Assembly (NCBI RefSeq): GCF_009914755.1
Contig: NC_060927.1
DNA length: 64,000 nucleotides
DNA from: the human T2T-CHM13v2.0 reference genome, Homo sapiens
Direction: 5' to 3' (one strand)
Each line of letters starts with the position of its first letter. Positions within the stretch are counted from its first letter, which is position 1. This document shows, piece after piece, positions 12,541 to 25,253 of this stretch. The translations under genes were made by a program, and so were the position numbers. The notes beneath the pieces are model-generated. The model searched no databases. It was not told where the DNA came from and saw nothing but the letters and a program-made list of their open reading frames with translations.

Positions 12541-12826
12541 ACCTAGTTTGTTGAGGGTTTTTAACATCAAGGGATGATGAATTTTATCAAAAGCCTTTTC
12601 TGCATCTATTGAAATAATCATGCAGTTTTTGTTTATAGTTCTGTTTATGTGATGTATCACATTTATTGATTTGCATATGTTGAACTAACCTTGCATCCCA
12701 GGAATAAAGCCTACATGACCGTGGTGGATTAGTTTTTTGATGTGCTGCTGGATTCGGCCTGCTAGTATTTGTTGAGGATTTTTGCATCGATGTTCATCAG
12801 GGATATTGGCCCAAGTTTTCTTTTTT
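12533..12826 (-). mobile_element. L1PA-type fragment from the ORF2 reverse transcriptase N-terminal region
   Basis: Minus-strand translation [39 protein letters not shown] is L1 ORF2p RT. Confidence 0.92.
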
Positions 12827-12829
12827 CAT

Positions 12830-13035
12830 AGAGTACACAGGTTTTTAAGCTCTGAAATCAGATCCTCACTTTAATTCTGGCACCATATAATTGTGAAACC
12901 ATGAAAGAGTCATTCATCCTTTCTTAATCTCATCTCTTCATCTCTAAATAGGATATGATAATAATAGTGACCTTATAGGATTGTTAAAAGGATTAATAGA
13001 GATAAAGTCTTTTATTAAGTGCTCAGTAAATGTGA
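12830..13035 (+). mobile_element. MIR
   Basis: CTCTGAAATCAGA...CTTCATCTCTAAATAGG...ATAATAATAGTGACCTTATAGGATTGTT. Confidence 0.65.
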
Positions 13036-13409
13036 ATTCTTCTTTTGTTCCCTGAGTTCCCTTCTTCGTGAGCAGAGCAGAGCTTGCCCATAGCTGTGCT
13101 CCTTGTTGCCTCAGCTCACCTAATCTATAACCAACTTTCAAGCCCTCCTTGACCCTCAACCAAGCATCAGTGATGCCTCTTCTCTGACATCCTCAAGGTT
13201 GGCAGAGTTCCCATTGCCACTGAATCACACTTGACAGATTATTTCCCAACTGCATCATAGCGGTTTTTGGTTTGTACAACCACATTGCAAGGGCAGTATT
13301 TTACATCTATTCCCCAAACCTGATGCTAAGCAGTAACATGCTCAATTAATATGTATAATGAGTTGAATGCATTGTATTTGTCCCCCGAAAAAGTATGCTC
13401 TTTAATGGC

Positions 13410-13870
13410 ACCTTTATTACAAAAAGTGAAATATGAGATTTATTTTAAAAATTAGGAAAACTCTGATAACCAAAAAAGAAAGTATAAATTATCATAATTC
13501 ACATCACCCTGAGATAACCACTTCTAACATATTGTTTTAGACAATATATGTGTGTGTGTAAGAAACATATATAAACACATATGTGTCTCCAAATTTATAT
13601 ATCTAAACATATAAATCTCCAAATTTGGAGTCAGATGGTAGGTTCTATTTTAACCTGCTTTTTTCACAGAATATCTTACAAACATCTTTCCAGGTCATTA
13701 AATATTCTTTACAGCATAATTTTAATATGTGACCCGGCATGTCCCACACATAAGTCATGAATACTTTAAGCCCTTTCTTCTCTCATTAGCAAATAGGTAG
13801 CTTTTGTATTTTAACATTATAAACAATGCTGCAATGATATATCAGGAAGGAAGTTAAATGGAATTCTGGG
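13410..13870 (-). mobile_element. Old L1ME-type fragment
   Basis: CACCCTGAGATAACCACTTCTAACATATTG; TATAAACAATGCTGCAATGA; GGAATTCTGG. Confidence 0.5.
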
Positions 13871-13992
13871 AAAGGAATTCTGGGGTCCAGTTGGCTTCAG
13901 TCCTGATTGTCTAACCATCTTCCAGGACAGCTGTATAACTTATACCCCAGCAGCCTGTTTCTCCACCAGCACACACCATTATCAGGGTAATC

Positions 13993-14344
<352 letters not shown>

Positions 14345-14764
14345 CTAGTGAGAGGTGAGGCCAGAATTTGAATCCAAGTCATGTCTGACAGCAAAGCCAT
14401 GATTTGGCCCTGTCTACCCTGCAGGGTCTGCCTGCCCATGACTTTGCTGATGAATGTAAAATTCACAGGCTCTAGGGAGTGAGAGTCTAGCTTGACTAGA
14501 GATGTCCATTGTGCCTCTTTGGGGCCCCGTTTTTTGTAAAGGCCAAATGTTTGCACATTTGTGTCCATTTGTGTGGAAATCTCTAAACATTTTCAGTTAA
14601 AGGAGAAAGAAACAAGCAAGTGAGGTGCTAGAAGGAAAGGGATATGTAGAGTGTTATGCCTGAAAAGAGGGTGATACACAGCAGAACTTCCCCAGCTACT
14701 GCTGTGTCTGCTCTCTCCATAATCCAGCTTTCTAGGGCACTAGACCCCTTGAAGACAATGCTTC

Positions 14765-14935
14765 TTCCAGTGGGTTTAGGTGCCACCTCTCTCAGAATCA
14801 CTTGGAGGTCCCCAGTTCTTAAAAATACAGATTCTTGGAACCACTTTTTACCTATAAAGCTGGAATCTGGGATGGATTCTTGGTAAATATAATAAGTGAC
14901 CTCAGCAAGTGATCAAAAAATTTGAGAACCACTGT
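14765..14935. mobile_element. MER5A-like hAT fossil
   Basis: CAGAATCACTTGGAG...AAAAATACAGATTCTTGG...TTTGAGAACCACTG. Confidence 0.6.
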
Positions 14936-14999
14936 TTAAAATCTCATCTCTAGGAAACTGCCTGAGTATCTTTGTAGAATCCAACTCTATGCTGTTAAT

Positions 15000-15150
15000 A
15001 ATAGAGCTTGTTAACATTTACTGAGTGCGTGCTGAGTACCAGGCACTGTTCTAAGCACTTTTACAAATATTAAGTCAGGGAGCGTACTTGGCAATCCAGT
15101 GACATTGGTGCTAATATTATCTCTATTTTACAGATAAGAAAACAGAAGCA
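15000..15150 (-). mobile_element. MIR
   Basis: AACATTTACTGAGTG...CCAGGCACTGTTCTAAGCACTTT...ATTTTACAGATAAGAAAACAGAAGCAC. Confidence 0.75.
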
Positions 15151-15334
15151 CAAATTACACCAATAGGGGAGGGTACATCCACAAGGCCAGGCTCCTAGTC
15201 ACTACGTTGGAGTATTTTCTTGGATCCCTCACAAAGTGCTCCTGCAGCCAATACTCTGGAGGCAATATGCAAAGTGGTTCAGGAAACCCACATTGGATCA
15301 GGCAAATCTGGATCTAAGTTCCTAACTCATAATG

Positions 15335-15645
15335 GTATTAGTCAGGGCCCTTGCAGGAAACACTTGGCACATTCAAGTGGGCAATTTGAGGATAAGTAAT
15401 AAAGAGATTCTCTGCAAATGTGTGGGCAGGGTGCAGGGAAACCTCAAGAGGCATGCCTGAGGGCTGGCGTTGGCCATAGCTCCTTGACCACCCCAAGCCC
15501 TCCTGCCAGTGCTTCCGACTGGCCAAAGGCAACCAGAAACCAGAGGACAAAAGAGCAGGTTGAGGCAGTCCAAAGCAGGCAGCCTCCCCAGGCACAGTGC
15601 AGAGGAGAAGGGGGCAAGTAGATCTGGAGGGACAAAGGACATGTT
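15335..15645 (-). mobile_element. ERVL LTR (LTR33-like) nested in a MIR (~15265-15335 and ~15645-15790)
   Basis: TATTAGTCAGGG start; AACCAGAAACCAGAGGACAAAAGAGC...GCAGCCTCCCCAGGCACAG...GTAGATCTGGAGGGACAAA. Confidence 0.6.
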
Positions 15646-16279
15646 TCTCAACCTCTGAGTTTCAAGGTTGTCAAATTTAATTTAAGAATAACAATTGTAC
15701 ATAAACTCATGGACTTACTGAGTTAAGTAAATAGCATAATGCTTGTAAAGTGCTGAGCACAGATGAGCACAGCAGAAATGTTTGCTGCGGTTGTTATCAA
15801 TTGCTCTCAAAAAAAGGGCTAACGTGAAAATGTAGGACCATCCTCTATCGTTCCAGTTTTATTGCTTCCTATGTCTCACTTTATCCAAGGAATTTCCTTC
15901 TCTTTGACCCTCAGTTTCTTAGTCTGTGAGAAAAAGAACAACAATAACTATTACCACTATTATTGCTACTACGTATTCACCATTATTATGTAACTTGATG
16001 TTGGACACTTTTGGACCTCTTATATTTAGGCATCTCACCAAACTTCCTTAAGGGGATTATTGAAAGCAAAGCCAATGAAACTACATCATATAATGATTGT
16101 TACTAATCACCATTCTTTCAAGATTGTGGTGCTCCACTAAATATGCACATTGGCTTTATAAACAAATCCAGGCTCCTGTCCCAAAGGTTGCAATAGACTT
16201 CAGTTATTTTTGTTTAGGTTTCCCAGGTGATTCTAACCTGCCCTGCTGAAGGACTGTCTTAACAGAAGACAAATAAGCT

Positions 16280-16830
16280 CGAGGATGTGTGGAATGGGAG
16301 GCAAGGGAGTAAGTGACAAAGTCCTGAGAGTCAACCAAGCATTCCCCAGCACAAAACAGCAGAGGGAGCATAGCGGATGAAACATGGAAAGGGAGGCAAG
16401 GGGTCCAGGGGAGGTCTGAGCGGAGGCAGAGAAGATCATGCAGGGTCTGTGGGCCATGCAATGGAGTTCAGATTTTACCCTAAGAGCACAGGATGCTCTT
16501 GGAGGGCTCTAGAAGGGAAGTGACAGACTCTGTTTTGTGTTTTAAAAGACCATTCTAGCTGCAGTGAGGAAAGTGGAATATGGGGGAGCATGAGGAGGCT
16601 GATGTGAGTCCAGAAAGGAATAGTTTTGGTTTGGAGTCAGGTTGTAACAGAGAAGTAGAAGTGGACCCCTTCAGCATATATTTTGGAGGTTGGAAAACAG
16701 TGGGAATTAGGGGAATCATAGTAACCTGGGACCCCTGCACACGTGACGGTGGGGCGGTGCTGCCCTCTGAAAATGCCATCTCACTGACTGAGCTGGAGGC
16801 TTGAGGGCAGAGTAACTGGAACAGAAAAGG
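16280..16830 (-). mobile_element. L2 fragment
   Basis: AGATCATGCAGGGTCTGTGGGCCATG...GAGTTCAGATTTTACCCTAAG...TTTAAAAGACCATTCTAGCTGCAGTG. Confidence 0.75.
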
Positions 16831-18428
16831 AGAAGGGTGCTGGATGCTTCCCTTTGCCCTTCCAAGTCCACTCTCCATCTTTTCCACCTTGCACTATGGT
16901 GTGGGAGGAGTTTACGTCTGGCTTCCTGTTGTCTTTGGCTAAAGGGTAGCACTGGCAGTTGCTGAGGGATGTTAAGGGATTATTCCTGGTCCTCCAAGCA
17001 GGGTCACCGCCAGTTGGCTGCATTCTTTGAAAAGTGGTCACAGCCCCATCAGCTCTCTCTCTGTCTCCCCTGGCCACCCCCTACCTCATCCCAGGAATTA
17101 TTCTCTCCCTTTGCCCCTAATCACCAAAGGTAGTAACCATCAGAACCCTGACAGATGCACGCTGACAATCCCACTAGGGCAGATCTCCCTGATGCTCAAT
17201 GTGAGCCTTCCTAGGGAGCACTGTGATGGGGGCCACTCATGCTTCTTGGGGATGTCAGAAATAGCCATCTTACCTGTGTCTCTGCCAGGCAGAAAGAAGA
17301 AATCTTTGCTAAGGTTGATTTTTGGGTTTTGTTTGTTTGTTTGTTTTGCATGTCGAGTCTTAGAATTTAAAAAAATCTATCACCCCTGCTCACTATGATT
17401 TCAGGTCAGAGTCTGTAATGTACTATTAGGTGTTTTATTTCCCTTTTAAAGTGACAACAGTTAGGATGAACAGCCAGATAAAGAGGCATAAACCAGGAAT
17501 CTGCCCTCCACTCACTGAGGAAGGACCCAGGGTATGTCATTCTACTGTGGACTAGTGAAAGATTTTTAGTAGACTGCATTTCCCACACATTAATCCATCA
17601 TCTACCACATCCCAAATTTCCATAACTGCATCCAAAATACCATATCCACATATGCATCACCTTCCTGATATTTACCTCATTTCTGTAAAAAAAAAAAATG
17701 ACTCACTTTCTAAGTTAATTCATGCTAAAGGAAGCTTCCTATCAGTCATAAGTAGAAAGCCAGCATTACTTGCTGTCAATAAAAAGTAACCAAATAGTAA
17801 TAATAATAATCAAAAACCATACAAAAAAGGTAGCAGAATATCACCGAAAAAAATCATCTCACATTCTACACTTTGAGAAATACTGTACTCAGTGATGTCT
17901 ACAATCTCTTCAGCTCCGACAAGCTATACTTCTGTAAAAATAAATAATAAGATTAAGAAGATAGAATGTCTGCAGGGCATGTGCTACCCATATCCCCTGG
18001 TTCAGTGTCTTTCAGGATGGCTACGAAGGAGAAAGTTTGGCAGGATCGCAGATGGGGGTGACACAAACCATATCATCCTATATTTTAAACAATTGGCCAC
18101 ACATTTGAAGCGTGGCATTCTGGGTTCTGTTTTTGTCTCCCAATGTCTCAGAGCATAGATTGGGCAATGGCTCACTGATGGTCATGACCCTTTCGCCCTG
18201 ATGCCTTGCTAGCCCACCTTCTGAATAGCAGTCTGGGAAAGCCATCTTCAAACACTGAGGGGTGTCATCCTCAATTTGCAGCCTGTTCAAGGCTTTTAGA
18301 CACCATTCTGAATGCCCAAGAAGTTTCTCCTTAAGAAAATCTGCTTTTAACTATCAATATCCAATGCTATGCTATTTTTTACTCCCAGCAGATTCCAAGT
18401 ATGGAGTTCAAAATGCATCATAATAGAA

Positions 18429-18452
18429 GTGTGTGTGTGTGTGTGTGTGCGC

Positions 18453-18500
<48 letters not shown>
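18429..18500. repeat. Compound (GT)n(GA)n microsatellite
   Basis: Seen directly. Confidence 0.95.
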
Positions 18501-18882
18501 AGTCAGCTCATCTTTAATTGAATGTGTCACTGACGTAGGAGACAAGACAGGTAACTTTCGGGTCTTTGAAGTTAGAAACTAATAGTTCTTCCAGATTCCA
18601 ACCTGAGAGCTGTGTCTATGTGACCATAGCTAGATTCAGATAGCACCACTAAATGCACCCTGGGAATACATGATGGAGAGCGACAAAAGTAAAAAAGGCC
18701 AAAAATAGTGCCTTCTCAATGCAAGGAATTGACTACTTCACCTCCAAAATGTTTCTATTCCATGCCCATTCATGTATGTATATCACATCAAAATACTAGT
18801 TTTCATGTGATCCTAAAAACTTGAAACCCCTGATTTTTTTCTTCTGTAAAACTGCTTACTTCCTTTAAGGCTTCCCTTCAAA

Positions 18883-19060
18883 CAGTGGTTCTGCACCTGG
18901 CTCACATTAGAATCAGCTGTGGAACTTTTGGACCACAGATACCCAGAACTTACTTGGGTGAATTAAGCCCCAAATCTCTGCAGTTGAGGCCCAGGTATTT
19001 CAGTATTTTTGCAAAGCTCCCCAGGAACTTCTAATGGACAGCCTTGACTAAGAACAAATG
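18883..19060. mobile_element. MER5A
   Basis: CAGTGGTTCT...CATTAGAATCAGCTG...AAAGCTCCCCAGG..TTCTAATGGACAGCC. Confidence 0.7.
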
Positions 19061-19409
19061 CTTTAGAAAAAGGATGCAAGAGAAGTCACCTTCCCTGACC
19101 ATATTTCCCTTCCCTGCTTGTTCTGGTAGGATCAGGTGAGTAGCAGGGTCACAGGGACACAGAGTTAGCCAGATCCAAAGCAGAGACAATCTGGGAGGAA
19201 GAAACAATAGACATTTTCCTCATTCCATAAAAACATAAAGGCATTTCTACGATGTGCTAGGCACAGTTCAAGAGGGATCATGGTTTAGAGAACCAGAGAG
19301 AATGGTTGAATCCTCCAGGTCTCTGGGAATTCTACCATCTCTTGAAGACAAGCCTGCCTGATGGAAGGGTTTGGCCATGAACCAGGGAGGAAGTTCTAAT
19401 TAGAAGGCT

Positions 19410-19821
19410 CTCTTAGTCCACTTGTGTTGCTATAAAGTAATACCTGAGACTGGGTGACTTAGGAAAGAAAAGCCACACTTCTTGTACAGCCTGCAGAACC
19501 ATGAGCCATTTAAATAAATGCAGGCTGTACAAGAAGCATGGCATCACCATCTGCTTCTGGTGAGAGCCTCAGGCAGCTTCTACTCATGGTAGAAGGCAAA
19601 GGGAGCCAGTGTGCTTAGAGAGCACATGGCAAGAGAAAAAGCAAGACAGAGAGAGGGGAGGTGCCAGGCTCTTTTCAACAGCCAGTTCTCTTAGGAACTA
19701 AGATTGAGAATGACACCAGCCATTCTTGAAGGATCTGCCCCCACAAGGCTCCACTACCAACATTGGGGATCAAATTTCCACATGAGACTTGCTGGGGTCA
19801 AACCACATCCGAACCATTGTA
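19410..19821 (-). mobile_element. MSTB-like MaLR solo LTR with an internal inversion-duplication
   Basis: TCTTAGTCCACTTGTGTTGCTATAAAG..ATACCTGAGACTGGGT; CATCTGCTTCTGGTGAG; ACATTGGGGATCAAATTTC. Confidence 0.85.
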
Positions 19822-19929
19822 AAGGTCAAAGGAGACTTTCCTTGGTTCTTCACTAGCGAACGCATTATTTCCCAGACAGCAATAGCAGCTTGCTGGAGTT
19901 GCCTAAGTATTCTCCATCCCCTTGCTCTG

Positions 19930-20120
19930 CACCTCTGTGCATTATAGCATTTACATTTATTGTTTAGCTGTTCACCTGTTCACTTTGTTTTCCTCTTACA
20001 GCATAAGACCAAAGAGAACTGGGATCATTTCCCTCTTATTCATTGCTTATATCCTCAGTACTTAGCCCAGTGTCTTGTTCATACTGGATGCTCAATAAAT
20101 ATTTGTTCAATGAATGAATT
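19930..20120 (+). mobile_element. L2 3' end
   Basis: GCTCAATAAATATTTGTTCAATGAATGAA terminus. Confidence 0.75.
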
Positions 20121-21799
20121 TAATAATGTTTTATTCTCATTGTATTAAGGTGTATGTTTATGATCTATTAAGGGCAAGCGACACTAGATTTCTGTTTATA
20201 GTAGAGATAGTCTGCTTTTTAAATGAGTTAGTATAAGGAAAAAGGGAAATCCATTTACAGAAAAATACTAAGTAAATAGAAGCCTAAGGGGTGCATAGAT
20301 GTGACATCACTCATGGGAATGATGAGTAAATGACTGACATTTGGGAAACACTAGTCTAGGAAGCAGGTCTGGAAACAAAGACCAAGGAACAAGCCTGGAA
20401 ATGAGGGGAATACTACCTAGTCTAAATCAGGATGCTGGCTGAGGTACGATTCAACTAGCACTTACTGAGCATTAGCTGTGTGCTCAGAGCTCAGATGGTG
20501 AGTGGGATTTGGAATCCAATCCCATCTTCAAAGCATTCACGGTGAGACAGCCATGGGCACCACGATAGTAGAAATCAAAATATATAAAGCTCCAAATAGG
20601 CCAGAGAAGAGCAGTGTTTGTTCGCCCAGAGACAATCAGGAAATCCTTCCAAGAAGAGAAATTTGAGTAGAGCTCTGAAGAACAGGGGCAATTTGAATAG
20701 GCAGAAATGGTGGACAAGGCAATCTAGACTGAGGGACAGCCAGAACAAACCCAGGCGGAATAGTAGCAGCAACTGATTTAGGGAAATGATCACAGGACAT
20801 TCTGAATGGAATGTATAGGCTCCAGTGGAAAATTTATGTAACACTTTCTGTTTGCCTGTTTATTCCCAAGGCATCATCCCAAAGGCATTTCTGATGATAG
20901 TGTCCATGTCCTCATGGAGAGGAGATCCTAGGAGACATCTCTACTTCCAAATTACCAACCACAGTCTTCCCTTTCCTTTCCATTAAAAAAAAATTCAGAA
21001 AGCACTGTCCTGTCATTCCCGTAATAAATATGCAAGCAGCAATCAGTAGCTGCCCTAATTTGCATTAATGGGATGCCTGTCCTTGAGAAAACCCCTGAAA
21101 AATGGTGACATTGCTTTGCCAGAATCCTGAGCACCTCTGCAGACAGAGGGCTGCCCTCCATCAGCACCAGAAATCCAAATAAATCTACCCTTAGAACTAT
21201 CAAGAGTCCAGGCCAAGCAAAAAGGCGCTTTCCCTCTTCATCTATTTCAAGAGAGAAAACTATCCTTGAAAAGATTTCCCCTGATAGCCAAATGCATAAG
21301 CCTCCTTGTTTCCCCTTCCCCTGCTGTTTGAGCCCAGCAACCCCCTGATGGGTAATGAATGTCCTTTGCGTGGCCTTATGCTATTTTTCAATACTGTGTC
21401 CCCAAGTGTCAAGTTTATAACTTCAGTGTTCATTTTTTAAAGTTGGTGTGATGTAGTGTGGCACTTTATCTTCCCAATGTACATCAGAGTTAACATTCTA
21501 CTTAATTTTATCAAAGATCTTTGTCTTGAGTTACAGCATGGAACAGAATATTCTAGGGAGGTCTTGATTATATTAAATAATGCATAGAGAAATGAACCTG
21601 TCTTCCCAGTGGTTCCAAAACTCCTGCTGGTCTCTCACCTCCTTCCCACATGTTCATATCTGATTTTGAGAAAAATCCCACTTGGAAGATAACTACAGGA
21701 GATAAATGACCTCTCTCTTTTCTTTCTTTCTCTGAATCAAAAAGCAATCCATGAAGTGTGTCTCCCTCTTGATCATCCCTCATCATTAACATCTCATTT

Positions 21800-22045
21800 T
21801 AAACCAAAATGTGTTTCACAGAATGTTAATGACTATTATGCAACCTCAATTTGGGGTCAAATAAACTTTAGGGAATACTGAGTTAAGCAAAGTTAAGCAG
21901 GTATCTTTTGTGAGGTCATGTCCAAGCTTTTAATAAGTAACTCTGCACTGTTAATATTCAAGAGGGCCATGCAATATGCAACAATTCCAGATTTACTGTT
22001 TTTCCATGAAACCCTTTTTTGATGGAGCATCTCAAGAGACTAGAT
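21800..22045 (+). mobile_element. MER103C-like hAT fossil
   Basis: GGTCAAATAAAC...GAGTTAAGCAAAGTTAAGCAGGT...GGAGCATCTCAAGAGACTAG; related to the copy at 47-325. Confidence 0.6.
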
Positions 22046-22742
22046 TTAAACTAGCAAAAAGTTGCCTATCTCTGGCTGCAACAGACACTCAAATGTCACC
22101 TTGAAACTGCAACTCCCAGGGCGGTTACCATTGTTGCCTAAAAAAACCACTAGGTTTCTAACACTAAAACGTGTTGTTTGAGTCAGGGTTTATTCACACT
22201 TACTATTCTTCCAGTTTGTATGTAAGAAGATGCATTTTTTTTTTTACTTATACATATAGGAAAATTAAGGCCAGGGTTTTGTCTTTACTTCATTCTCACA
22301 ACAAGAAATCACCTTTGCCCACAAACATATAAGCACCACTCAGCACTGATGGAGTACTACGCGATCTTCCTCATCCCATTTTGACCAGAGACACCCACAG
22401 AGAGAGGGCTGCCCAGAGTTTGGTGCAATTCTGTTTCCTCTAGAGCTGAAATATATGATGTCTTCATCCTTTGAATGACTAGAGGTATCAATCATACTCC
22501 CTCCAATAATTTGAGAAATAAGTGATCCATAGAATTGACACCCAAAAGAAACCAAAATATCTGTGTTGTTAAAGGTAAAGCTGGATTAAAGAACTCATGA
22601 ATCTCCTGTTTACAGCTATCCTCAGTCAAACTGACCCCCTTGCCCACAGTGGGCGATACAAAGTTTGATCACTAGCTTGCCTGACTCTAGGGTCTGTGTA
22701 TGATTTTTTTTCCCGCATTTATACACACACATAGAAGGAAGA

Positions 22743-23066
22743 CAGTCATTCTTCAGTATCCATGGGGGACCCCTGGGGAAACCAAAATCCTCCAATGCTC
22801 AAGTCCCTAGCATAAAATGGAGTAGCATTTGCATATAGCCTACACATATCCTCCCATAACCTTTAAATCATCTCTAGATTACTTATAATAGTAAATGCAA
22901 TGTAAATGCTATGTAAATAGCTGTTATAATGTATTGGGTTTTTTATTTGTGTTATTTTTATTGTGGTACTGTTATTTCTAAATTGGGGTGGGTGTTTCTG
23001 AATATCTTCAATTTGTAGTTGGTTGAATCTGCAGATGTGGAGCCCAGGTACAGGGAGGTCTGAGTG
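22743..23066 (+). mobile_element. MER2 (TcMar-Tigger non-autonomous element)
   Basis: CAGTCATTCTTCAGTATCCATGGGGGA...AAATCATCTCTAGATTACTTATAATA...GTTGGTTGAATCTGCAGATGTGGA. Confidence 0.85.
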
Positions 23067-24793
23067 TACTAAAATGTTTGTTGGAACTAAATGAAATCAC
23101 AGAGATTCTGTGGCTTCCCCGTGCTCCATACCACAGAAGCTAAATGATCCTAGAATGTGATAGTTGAACCTGAAAAGTTAAGAGATATGCAAATTCCAAC
23201 TGGACTGTAATTGAAATCCATAGAAGTTGATGTCTTGACAGATAGGAAAAATATAAAAGATAATTCAAAAGAGAATATATTAGTAAATGGATTTAAGTAA
23301 TAACAAAAGAATTAAGTAAAGATTTAAACTCAAGGGATTGGATTTTGGAAGCCAACTGTCCCTAAAGGCCATGAACTAGGAGGCCCTTTTTGGCACAGCC
23401 TGGGCCCAAGACGAGTGGCTCCTGTACATCTGAAGCTCCCAATTTAGGTACCTAACACACTCAGGTGAAAAGGATACAATATTTTTGGGAGTCACTCATC
23501 CACCATTAGTTAGTGGTAGGGATGAGGGGATGTGGGAAGGGAAGACCCCTAACTTGACTTCCCCACTCTGGCATGGTGCATTGCTAATAGTCCAGCAGCT
23601 AGCGGGAAGGGACACTTCAGCAAAGTTGTTGGGCTGCTGCTCCCCACCCCTGCACCCTGACCCCCACGCCTGTGAGGGCCAGTGAGTATTCCCATGACCA
23701 AGGGAGGATATTAAATAACAAGTAAAAACACCCTAGGAGATGTGAGACTGGAAGGAGATAAAGGAAGGGGAAAAAAAAACTCTTTTTCCTGCTTTTTGAA
23801 CAAAGAACTCCCGTATTGTTATTTTTCACTGGGCCCAGCAAATTACGCAGCCTATTCTGCCTTTTTTGTAGGGTGAGGGGGCACACCTAACCTGGCAGTC
23901 ATGGCCGGCTGTGTTAGCCAGGGTGGACACTGCTCCTGGGTGGCCCATGGTGCTTCCCAGCCTTTGACTAGGGAGTTGTGTTCAAGTGGAAGGAGATGTA
24001 GGAGCACTCCCTAAAGTCTCCAATCTATCTTCACTGGAAGGTTCTCTTCTGTATATTGAGGAATAATAATACCAGCCTCTCAGGATTGTTAACAGAATTG
24101 CTGTGATGACTAATTTGGAATAATGTAAGTAAAAACACTCAGCAAAGTAGCAGATGGGAAGCATGCGTTCCATTAATAGTAGCTATATTGCAAGGTCTTC
24201 TAGGGGTGCTTCTCAAGTTTTCCTGCACATACACATCTCACAGGAACTTGGTTTAGTGCAGATTCTCATTCAGAAGCTCTGCGGTGGGCACTAATGGTCT
24301 GTGACCTGACACTCCTGGTCTCAGGACCATACTTTGAGAAGCAAGCCTCTCAGAGATACAAAATGAACACAACTGTCTCCAGTTTTAAGGAGTTATGGAG
24401 AGAAATAAGTTTTATGGGGAGAAACTAGACATGTAGTCAGCTAGCTAAATGGCAAAGCAGAGTGCCAGTATAAACAAATTGCCTTGAAAGAGACAGCTAT
24501 TCTCTCATTGTCACTCACCCAGGCTTTGTGGGGGAGTTTTCATTTGAGCTGAATTTGAATGATGAGTAGAGTTTGAGTGGGTTTTGACTCCTGGGCTCTG
24601 GTCCTGGCTGTGCCAGCAGGGAAACATTCATGGAAGTGGGAAACATGCAGGAAATTAAGGAGATGCTGAAAGCCCTACAGAGCCCAAAGCTTAAGGTGTG
24701 GTGAAGAGGAGGAGGCAGGCACATAGTGGACCGCGATGCTGGAAGACTGTCACAAGTATCAACAGAACACAGTCCAGGGTAGTTTTATGCAAA

Positions 24794-25253
24794 TGTATTA
24801 GTATCCTAGGGCTGCCATAACAAAGCATCACAAACTGGGTGGTTTAAAACAACTGAAATTTATTGTCTCATCATTCTGAAAGATACAAGTCTGAAATCAA
24901 GGTAACAGCAGGGCTCTGCTCCCTCTAAAACTTATAGGGGAGTCATTCCTTGCTTCTTCCTGGTTTTGGGTGGAATCAGAGATTCCAGCAATCTCTGATG
25001 TTCCTTAGCTTGCAACTCCATCACTCCAAGCTCTACCTCGGCTAACAAGTGATACTCCCCCTGTGTGTCTATTTACATAACTGTCTTCTTACATCTGTCA
25101 CATTAGGTTAGAGGTCCACCCTACTCGAGTATAACCTCATCTAAGCTAGTTACATCTGCAATGACCTCGCTTCCATATAAGGTCACATTCTTAAGTATTG
25201 AGGGTCTAGACTTCAACAAAAGCTTTTTGGGAGATGTAATTCAGTCCGCAACA
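24794..25253 (-). mobile_element. MLT1C-like MaLR solo LTR
   Basis: TGTATTAGTATCCTAGGGCTGCCATAACAAAG...TTACATCTGCAATGACC...ATAAGGTCACATTC; near-TSD GCAAA/GCCAA. Confidence 0.85.
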
